Shown here: positions 43,382 to 48,960 of the stretch, one piece after another | Layout: each line of letters begins with the position of its first letter | Numbering within the stretch: position 1 is the stretch's first letter | Source: Verrucomicrobiota bacterium | GTDB taxonomy: Bacteria > Verrucomicrobiota > Kiritimatiellia > RFP12 > UBA1067 | Direction: 5' to 3' | NCBI GenBank assembly: GCA_016280825.1 | Contig: JAEEHL010000168.1 | Location: forward strand, 1-48,960 | DNA: 48,960 nucleotides | The notes under the pieces: generated by a model | Database searches by the model: none | What the model was told of the DNA's origin: nothing | Seen by the model: only the letters and a program-made list of their open reading frames with translations | Program-made: the position numbers and the translations under genes

Positions 43382-43612
43382 ATGACCCTGCCGCCGTGTG
43401 CAAGACGCAAGACCGACCCGCGCACTGGAATCTCCATGTGCTACGCGATAGGCTGTTGCGAGGTAGGGGATATGCCCTGCGAGTGCGAGGACTGTCTTAC
43501 GGCGCACGGCGGCAGGTGTCCGAGCCGCGTCCGAATGAAACGGGAAAGGGGAAAAGGCAATGGGAAAGAAAGTCACGAAGGAAGCCGCCGCAACAGGCGG
43601 CAAGTGCGCTGA
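43382..43612 (+). CDS. Cys-rich hypothetical protein
   Basis: 76 aa with CYAIGCCEVGDMPCECEDC. The 3' end overlaps the next CDS by 53 nt. Confidence 0.4.
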   Translation: MTLPPCARRKTDPRTGISMCYAIGCCEVGDMPCECEDCLTAHGGRCPSRVRMKRERGKGNGKESHEGSRRNRRQVR

Positions 43613-43922
43613 CGCGCCGAAGATTGACCTGAAGGCGGAGTGGAAAAAACTCACCGAGGAGAACAGGTGGCTACGCACGGAGGTCAATAGGCTCGAAGGC
43701 GAACTGCGGCAGGTCAGAGCCGAACGCGAAGACTGGCGCAAGAACGCTCTGGACGGGAACGCACGGCTTGAGGGCATACTTAAGCGCATCCGTAGGTATG
43801 TGGACGCGCAAATGGAGGAGGACAGGATTTCCAAGTTGAATTTGGAGGCATATAACGCGAAGACCGTCGCCTTCAACGACCTCCTGAAGTGCGACGGAAT
43901 CCCGAAGGGAGGCATGGCGTGA
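43560..43922 (+). CDS. coiled-coil hypothetical protein
   Basis: 120 aa with LTEENRWLRTEVNRLEGELRQVRAERE. Confidence 0.55.
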   Translation: MGKKVTKEAAATGGKCADAPKIDLKAEWKKLTEENRWLRTEVNRLEGELRQVRAEREDWRKNALDGNARLEGILKRIRRYVDAQMEEDRISKLNLEAYNAKTVAFNDLLKCDGIPKGGMA

Positions 43923-44152
43923 TTGTCACGCGGGTCTGTAGGCAGTGCGGGCGCGATATGGCGATGGAGGTGCGTTCCGAGACCTCCCATCGCCGATACT
44001 GCGACGACTGCCGCCGCAAGAGGGCGGTTCAGGCGACCTTGCGTAGCAGGAAGCGGGTCAACGACCCGAACAACTGCCGCGTCGAGGTTCGCACTATCAG
44101 GCTATACTACTCGCGCACGGGTGCGCTTCTGCGGATGGAGGTGGTAAGGTGA
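43919..44152 (+). CDS. zinc-ribbon protein
   Basis: GTGA coupling. CRQCG....CDDC. Confidence 0.5.
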   Translation: MIVTRVCRQCGRDMAMEVRSETSHRRYCDDCRRKRAVQATLRSRKRVNDPNNCRVEVRTIRLYYSRTGALLRMEVVR

Positions 44153-44340
44153 GCAGGTACGGAATCAACGACCGCATCAGGTTCGATATGGCTGTGGAGG
44201 AGGCTCGCGCCGAAGCCGAGGGAAGGCGGAAGGGCGGCTTTCCGTCCGTAGTGGCGGAATCCGTGCGGCTGTCAGGCGGAAGCCCGTCGTGGATGGTGCG
44301 CTCTCCCAAGAGGCGGAAAATCATGCGGGGGAGACAATGA
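44149..44340 (+). CDS. hypothetical protein
   Basis: GTGA coupling, 63 aa. Confidence 0.45.
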   Translation: MSRYGINDRIRFDMAVEEARAEAEGRRKGGFPSVVAESVRLSGGSPSWMVRSPKRRKIMRGRQ

Positions 44341-44576
44341 CGCACGGCGACGAACGTCCGAACGCCGCTTCTTCGGCGTCGTCCTATATCGGCGACGCGC
44401 TGGAATACACGCTCTGCGGCATCGACTACGGCAAGGTCGAGGAGGAGGAGCGGGAGTTCCGCGCCCGACGGCGAGACGAGCGGAAGGAAAGGGCGTTTGA
44501 ATGGCTACGGAACGCGAAGGCGATATTCATCGAGCAATCGCGGCTCCCGCTCGCCGGCGCGTCCGCTGGCAGTTGA
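44337..44576 (+). CDS. hypothetical protein
   Basis: ATGA coupling, 79 aa. Confidence 0.5.
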   Translation: MTHGDERPNAASSASSYIGDALEYTLCGIDYGKVEEEEREFRARRRDERKERAFEWLRNAKAIFIEQSRLPLAGASAGS

Positions 44577-44603
44577 AGTGGCTCGTGCTGGAGGACTAAC
44601 GCC

Positions 44604-45116
44604 GTGCGCTGTACTCTGAACATCGACCCTTCAACACTGTCGTCGGCGCAGTTGAAGATTATGTCATTCCGCTTCAAGCGCATTATCACGAATCCGAAGG
44701 TGCGCAAGGCGATGCTCCGCGTGGAAGCCGCTTTCAAGCCGTATGCGCGGCTGGCGCGTGCCGTTCAGGAGTCCGCGCCGTTCGGAGCGGTCGCGCTCGG
44801 CGTGAAGTATTACTTCCCGTTCCCGAAGTCGGGGACGAAGAAGGAGAAGGCGGCTCGTCGCGGCGGTCAGCCGTGCGTGTCCGCCCTGTACGGCGACCTC
44901 GACAATCGGAACAAGGCGTTTCAGGACGCGCTCGTGAAGGCGGGCGCGTTCCCCGACGACAGGTACGTGTCCACCCTGCTCCTCCGCAAGCGGTACACGC
45001 TCTCCACCCCGCGAATCGAGGTGGCTGTCGTAGCAGACAAGGGGGGCTACGACAACGAGCCGTTCACACTCCACGAACGCCCCGAAGACGCGACGCCCGA
45101 CAGTCTGGGCGCGTAA
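44604..45116 (+). CDS. rusA: RusA-family Holliday junction resolvase
   Basis: GTG start after ggagga. GDLDNRNKAFQDALVKAGAFPDDRYV matches the RusA catalytic Asp pattern. Confidence 0.8.
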   Translation: MRCTLNIDPSTLSSAQLKIMSFRFKRIITNPKVRKAMLRVEAAFKPYARLARAVQESAPFGAVALGVKYYFPFPKSGTKKEKAARRGGQPCVSALYGDLDNRNKAFQDALVKAGAFPDDRYVSTLLLRKRYTLSTPRIEVAVVADKGGYDNEPFTLHERPEDATPDSLGA

Positions 45117-45123
45117 AAACGCC

Positions 45124-45235
45124 CGTTTTGCCCTTGAAAATAGGGGCTAAAAAAATTTCAAGATTTTTTTCGCCCATAAAATAAGGGCGAAACGCGACTA
45201 ACATCAAAAACACCCTTATTTTTCAAGGGGTTTTT
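45124..45235. repeat. three phased palindromic motifs (T/A-tract-GCCC-N9-11-GGGG/C-A/T-tract)
   Basis: 45124-45155, 45168-45192 (perfect tttcgccc-N9-gggcgaaa) and 45206-45235, with centres ~41-42 bp apart. Same class as 25997-26071. Confidence 0.75.
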
Positions 45236-45241
45236 CGTATC

Positions 45242-45271
45242 TTTACAAACATACGGAAAATGTGCTATAAT
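45242..45271 (+). promoter_or_regulatory. promoter TTTACA-N18-TGcTATAAT for the 45.3-48.3 kb cassette
   Basis: -35 at 45242-45247 and -10 at 45266-45271. The spacer aacatacggaaaatgtgc is of the family type. Confidence 0.7.
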
Positions 45272-45352
45272 ATTGGCGTTCCTGCGGGACAGGTGAAAGC
45301 GCGGTGCTTCCCCGCCTGTGGGACGGGTCAAAACAAGAAAGGGTCAAAAACA

Positions 45353-45499
45353 ATGATTAACGAAATTGACAAGGAGGTTGCGAAGTTTGCCGCCCTCTAC
45401 GTCATCGACAACGCCGAGACGCTGGGTATCAGGGTGAAGGACGTTCCTCATGGGCCGCACCTCCGTCCCGCTCCGTACTTCGCAGGAATCATTCACTAA
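45353..45499 (+). CDS. small hypothetical protein (48 aa)
   Basis: First ORF after the promoter, with leader aagaaagggtcaaaaaca. Confidence 0.45.
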   Translation: MINEIDKEVAKFAALYVIDNAETLGIRVKDVPHGPHLRPAPYFAGIIH

Positions 45500-45529
45500 T
45501 CATCAACCCCAACAGAAAGGAACCCTACA

Positions 45530-46345
45530 ATGAACACGATAAACGAAAACGAAGTCCGCCTCGCCAACCTGAAGGCCTCCGCCGATAAACGCCGTGCGGA
45601 GTTTTGCGACATCCGCGCCGAGGTGACGCGCCAGATAGCGAAAATCATCGAGGACGCCGTCGCCGCAAGCGGCGTCAGCGGCTACACGCTCCGCAAAGGC
45701 GAGAACGGGGAACTCCGCGACACGGAGTACATGACGCTGGACGGTGAAATCGACGGCGAGCGTCTGCACGACATCGACCTCTACTACCGCAACGACTCGT
45801 GGCGCGACGAGGACGGCGGCGAGCGCGTCTTCTCGGTGAATACCTGTTGTTTCGGCCGTGTGAAGGCTGGCGACAAGAGCGGCGTTGCCTACTACCTCCT
45901 CATGGGCTACCTCGTCACTCACCTTCAGGAGATTCAGGACGCGCTGAACGCCATCCCCGACTGGGAGGCCTACAATCGCTCCCGCCGCATCTACCACATC
46001 AGCCGCAACGATGCGGAGGCGTTCGAGCGCAAGATGGACGCGGAGGCAAAGATGGCGAAGGAAGCCGCCGTGCTGGAGCGGCTTATGGAGGGCGCGGAAA
46101 TTGCCGTCCACTACACGACGGACTTCGACCTCGTGCGCGGCGTCCACGTCCTGACGGGCATTAAGATCATGACCGTCGAGAAGGTCACGAACAAACTCGT
46201 GTTCTTCAAAGACCGCAGGGGGCAGAACAAGAAGGCGGACGTCGTCGCCAACCTTGTACGCGGCATCGACAATTGCGGCTGGTCGTTTGCGGCGGACGTT
46301 GACATGGCCTTTCCCCGCGACTGCAAGGACGGCGCGAACTTCTAA
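45530..46345 (+). CDS. hypothetical protein (271 aa)
   Basis: The leader gaaaggaaccctacaATG is identical to that of the 47031 gene. No motif was recognised. Confidence 0.65.
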   Translation: MNTINENEVRLANLKASADKRRAEFCDIRAEVTRQIAKIIEDAVAASGVSGYTLRKGENGELRDTEYMTLDGEIDGERLHDIDLYYRNDSWRDEDGGERVFSVNTCCFGRVKAGDKSGVAYYLLMGYLVTHLQEIQDALNAIPDWEAYNRSRRIYHISRNDAEAFERKMDAEAKMAKEAAVLERLMEGAEIAVHYTTDFDLVRGVHVLTGIKIMTVEKVTNKLVFFKDRRGQNKKADVVANLVRGIDNCGWSFAADVDMAFPRDCKDGANF

Positions 46346-46395
46346 CGACCCGCAAAGGAAAGGAGCAAACGACATGATTATCGAACGCAAACCCA

Positions 46396-46689
46396 ATGTC
46401 CGTTCAGGAAGCCTACGCAATCGCCCGTCAGTTGATTGCGCAGGCCAAGGCGAACGCGCTGTCCGCCTACAACAAGGCGTTCTCGGACTTCCAGCGCAAG
46501 CACGGGTTCTTCACCCACCGCGAGGAGCGCGACTACGAGCATCACGGCGACGGCTGGCGTCACATGAAGACCTACACGGCTCCCGACGGCGCGAACTTCT
46601 ACGAGGTCGTCCAGTACCCCGCGCAGGAATACGGCCTCCGAGTGGAATACTGGAGCGACGACGCCGTTTCGACAATCGCATACCTCTGA
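46396..46689 (+). CDS. hypothetical protein (97 aa)
   Basis: The frame looks coding. The strong SD aaaggaaaggagc actually precedes an out-of-frame ATG at 46374. Confidence 0.5.
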   Translation: MSVQEAYAIARQLIAQAKANALSAYNKAFSDFQRKHGFFTHREERDYEHHGDGWRHMKTYTAPDGANFYEVVQYPAQEYGLRVEYWSDDAVSTIAYL

Positions 46690-46713
46690 ACCCGAACGAA
46701 AGAAGGAGCGGAC

Positions 46714-47004
46714 ATGAAAAGGCAAAGCGACTTCCAGCAGTATAAGGGCGTTATCGAAGACCTCGGCTACGGGTCGAGAATGGGCGAGGAAATCCCCGCC
46801 ACCACCACCTACCGCGAAGCCGTCGTGGAACTGACGTACTACATCGGGATGGCGAACGAGCGGGGCGAACCCTTCAATGTGGAGGTGTTCGGCGACGGGT
46901 ACGACGCGCCCGTTCCGTCCGTTCGCAGGGCGTACTTCAGGGCAAAGCGGCTCTTGAAGAAGTTCTCCGCCGTCCCCAATCCCAACAGCCGCCTAAACAA
47001 CTAA
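46714..47004 (+). CDS. hypothetical protein (96 aa)
   Basis: SD gaaggagcgg. Confidence 0.6.
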   Translation: MKRQSDFQQYKGVIEDLGYGSRMGEEIPATTTYREAVVELTYYIGMANERGEPFNVEVFGDGYDAPVPSVRRAYFRAKRLLKKFSAVPNPNSRLNN

Positions 47005-47030
47005 ACAACCCAAACGAAAGGAACCCTACA

Positions 47031-47831
47031 ATGCTCACGAAAACCGAAATTGAAACCTGTTGCGCGAACCTGATGCAACGCTTCAACGCGCTGGAGGAGA
47101 CGCGGCGGAACGTCGCAAAGGCGTTCGACACCGCCATCGGACGCCGCCTGTCCGCCCTTGTGGAGAACGGGCTGGGTCGCTACAACATCCCCGACGACCG
47201 CAATTCAGCCAGCGCCCGTTTCTTCTCCAGCAACGCGCTGAAGTCCTCTGGGTGCCGTTGCTACTTCATCTGGGACAACGACCGCAAGACGCTCGTAATG
47301 GGATTCTGCCCCGCGAACGAGTACAACCTGTCGGGCGGAATCCGCTACCTCCAGATATACGCCCAGCGTCGTGAAGAGAGGAAGGGCGCGGACGAGGTGC
47401 GCGCAACGTTTCAGGTTGACGGGCTGTGCAATACGCACTACCTCACCGCGTCGTTGCGCGACAACAGCCTCTGCGACGCCCCATACCTCATGTTCTCGGA
47501 GGAGACGCGCAAGAACTGCAACGGCAATACCCGCAACCCCCTAGAAGACTACATCCGCAACCCGAAGGACGTTCAGGCTCTCGTGGACGCGAATAACGCC
47601 CTGAAGGAGTACGAGCGGCGGCTCCATCGCATCGCCCACCTCATGGAAGCGGCTTCGGAGATACTGTCGGCTCTGGAGTCCCGCTTTGACTGCACGGAGA
47701 AGGAGCGCGACGAGCGCGTCCGCTTCATCTTTGGGCTGTCGGGCGAGTGCGCGACCCCGCTCGCTACAGTGTACCGCGTCAAGTTGTCGCCAGAACCCTA
47801 CGCCGCGCCTACGGACGGCAGTGCAGAATAG
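47031..47831 (+). CDS. hypothetical protein (266 aa)
   Basis: The leader is identical to that of the 45530 gene, and the size is similar. No motif was recognised. Confidence 0.65.
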   Translation: MLTKTEIETCCANLMQRFNALEETRRNVAKAFDTAIGRRLSALVENGLGRYNIPDDRNSASARFFSSNALKSSGCRCYFIWDNDRKTLVMGFCPANEYNLSGGIRYLQIYAQRREERKGADEVRATFQVDGLCNTHYLTASLRDNSLCDAPYLMFSEETRKNCNGNTRNPLEDYIRNPKDVQALVDANNALKEYERRLHRIAHLMEAASEILSALESRFDCTEKERDERVRFIFGLSGECATPLATVYRVKLSPEPYAAPTDGSAE

Positions 47832-47852
47832 ACAGGACGGAAGGAGGCTGAT

Positions 47853-48305
47853 ATGACCCTTGCAGAAGTAGCCCAAGAACTCGGCTGTTCCATCGCCCAA
47901 GCCAGACCAGCCCACCGTCGCCTTATGGCGGCGTTGAAGCGGGAGGGCGAGGCGTTTCTGGCCGATGAGCGCAGGCGCATGGAGGAGCGCGAGAAGCGCA
48001 AGTCACGACCCCCTCGCCGCCGCCTCCCCCAATGGTGCAGGCCGTTCTGGGAGCGCCGCGACGGAGCGCAACACATCGTTTACTGTTCCGCCAAGCGCAG
48101 GCACGACAAGGAGCCGACGACCGCCTTCTGGCTCTGGTTCAACGGACAGCCTGTCGCCAAGTCCGATACTCTCGACGGGGCGAAGAGCCTTACCGCTCTT
48201 CGGGCGATGCTTTACGACACCTATGTCTGGGACGCTTCCCAGTGGGAGGACGAGTTGCGGAACAATCCCCAGATAGCCGAGGTGCGCAAGGCCTGCGGCG
48301 TTTAG
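47853..48305 (+). CDS. HTH DNA-binding protein (sigma-70 region 4-like N-terminus)
   Basis: MTLAEVAQELGCSIAQARPAHRRLMAALKRE resembles region-4/LuxR-type HTH. SD ggaaggagg. Last gene before the terminators and iteron array 2. Confidence 0.55.
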   Translation: MTLAEVAQELGCSIAQARPAHRRLMAALKREGEAFLADERRRMEEREKRKSRPPRRRLPQWCRPFWERRDGAQHIVYCSAKRRHDKEPTTAFWLWFNGQPVAKSDTLDGAKSLTALRAMLYDTYVWDASQWEDELRNNPQIAEVRKACGV

Positions 48306-48332
48306 ATTTTGCGAATCGGGCGATACGACCCG

Positions 48333-48358
48333 CCTTGCGACTTGACCCCGCAAGGTTT
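48333..48358 (+). terminator. hairpin ccttgcg/cgcaagg followed by ttt
   Basis: 7-bp stem, 9-nt loop, short T-run. Confidence 0.4.
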
Positions 48359-48374
48359 AACAGCCCGACTTCGC

Positions 48375-48415
48375 GCGGCGGAAGGACTTTGACCCCTTCC
48401 GCCGCTTTTTGTTTT
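48375..48415 (+). terminator. strong intrinsic terminator
   Basis: gcggcggaagg (48375-48385) pairs with ccttccgccgc (48395-48405), followed by tttttgtttt. Confidence 0.8.
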
Positions 48416-48421
48416 CCCTGC

Positions 48422-48543
48422 CACTACGCCGCCCGTATCGACTACGCCTAGACTACGGGCTACTTTCCAGCGGACTACGGCGTAGTATGCCGCCTACTAC
48501 ATCGTAGTCTAGGGATTAGTATGTTATAAACTACGGCGTAGGC
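48422..48543. repeat. iteron/operator array 2 (six full or half ACTACGSCGTAGT sites)
   Basis: Site centres are near 48429, 48447, 48458, 48480 (perfect gactacggcgtagta), 48502 (tactacatcgtagtc) and 48535. Spacings are about 18/11/22/22/33 bp. Confidence 0.8.
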
Positions 48544-48582
48544 TAAATTATATTATATTATTCATGTATTATTATAATTTTA
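48544..48582. other. AT-rich island 2, followed by a G6 tract
   Basis: taaattatattatattattcatgtattattataatttta. Its reverse complement aligns with island 1 (25852-25886). Confidence 0.8.
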
Positions 48583-48606
48583 GGGGGGTACTATATACGC
48601 GCATAC

Positions 48607-48618
48607 GCGCACGTGCGC
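48607..48618. repeat. perfect 12-bp GC palindrome GCGCACGTGCGC
   Basis: Read directly. It is embedded in acgcgcatacgcgcacgtgcgcg, and a related gcgcgttatgcgcg sits at 25787-25800 in module 1. Confidence 0.7.
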
Positions 48619-48877
48619 GAGAGGGTTAAAAACCCCGCTTCTCCAAATACCCCTCAAATCCGCGATTTAAGCGCGACCCCGCCCAAACCAAATAAAACCC
48701 CCACCCCCACCCCCGAAAACGCCGTGGCGACCCGAATTTCGCCGTATATTGACGCGCTGGCGACCTGTGCCACGCCGAAAACCCCGTTTTGACCAGTTAA
48801 GACCCCCAAATTGCGCCCCTACGCCCCCTGCAAGCCGCCGCCCGTTTCGCCCTATACCCACCCCGCCGCCGACCCCC

Positions 48878-48907
48878 TTGACACATTCCGCATCATTGTG
48901 ATACAAT
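48878..48907 (+). promoter_or_regulatory. late-type promoter TTGACA-N18-TGaTACAAT reading out of the window
   Basis: -35 at 48878-48883 and -10 at 48902-48907. It presumably drives terS/terL in a circular or permuted map. Confidence 0.6.
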
Positions 48908-48960
48908 TCGCGTCAGGCAAACGGAAGTTAGACCAACACGCGAGGACTGGATAGCAAGAA

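Noticed and set aside
46254-46745. 163-aa alternative-frame ORF containing ATG 46374 just after a strong SD
   Set aside because: Its translation is Arg-rich and looks off-frame, and it overlaps two better ORFs (46396..46689 and 46714..47004). The SD-to-ATG mismatch is noted under the 46396 feature as a possible indel.
25780-48625. Invertible segment or transposon bounded by the inverted modules
   Set aside because: No invertase, transposase or recombinase gene is recognisable in the window, and there are no target-site duplications. Inversion would also put the early genes antisense to their promoters. It is kept only as a remote alternative.
48667-48906. 79-aa minus-strand ORF (GGGVGIGRNGRR...)
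   Set aside because: It is a Gly-rich artefact of translating the C-tract region in reverse. It has no SD and overlaps a promoter.
1-48960. tRNA, tmRNA or rRNA genes
   Set aside because: The few non-coding gaps (25.6-26.2, 45.1-45.35 and 48.3-48.96 kb) show no cloverleaf-compatible stems. This was judged by eye only, and tRNAscan-SE would be decisive.

Overview
The window is about 49 kb of a GC-rich tailed dsDNA phage or prophage genome. I call about 80 coding regions, all on the + strand, and find no integrase, repressor, tRNA or CRISPR. Layout: (1) 1-25.6 kb is the late module. It runs from the TerL C-terminus through a methyltransferase, portal, scaffold, major capsid, head-tail joining genes, major tail, tape measure and a long fibre/host-recognition block, and ends in small membrane proteins and a lipoprotein. 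(2) 25.6-26.1 kb is non-coding control DNA. It holds a consensus promoter feeding straight into a terminator, an AT-rich island, three 22-bp-phased palindromic iterons, phased palindromes and an early promoter. (3) 26.1-45.1 kb is a translationally coupled early region. It encodes DUF932, DUF2786, ASCH, Gp37/Gp68, a PP-loop enzyme, a YqaJ exonuclease, DUF1351, RecT, a replication organiser, a DnaC-like loader, a DUF3127-type SSB, RusA and many small Cys-rich proteins. (4) 45.2-48.4 kb is a self-contained six-gene cassette of unknown function with its own promoter, upstream operator-like palindromes and tandem terminators. (5) 48.4-48.96 kb holds a second iteron/AT-rich module that is an inverted copy of the first, then a C-rich stretch and a late-type promoter reading out of the window. 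The points most worth follow-up are the inverted ori-like modules bracketing the early region, the phased palindromes with a conserved early-promoter family, the orphan cassette, and a trypsin-like triad in a tail-module protein. All functional calls come from motifs and synteny read by eye. No database search was run.
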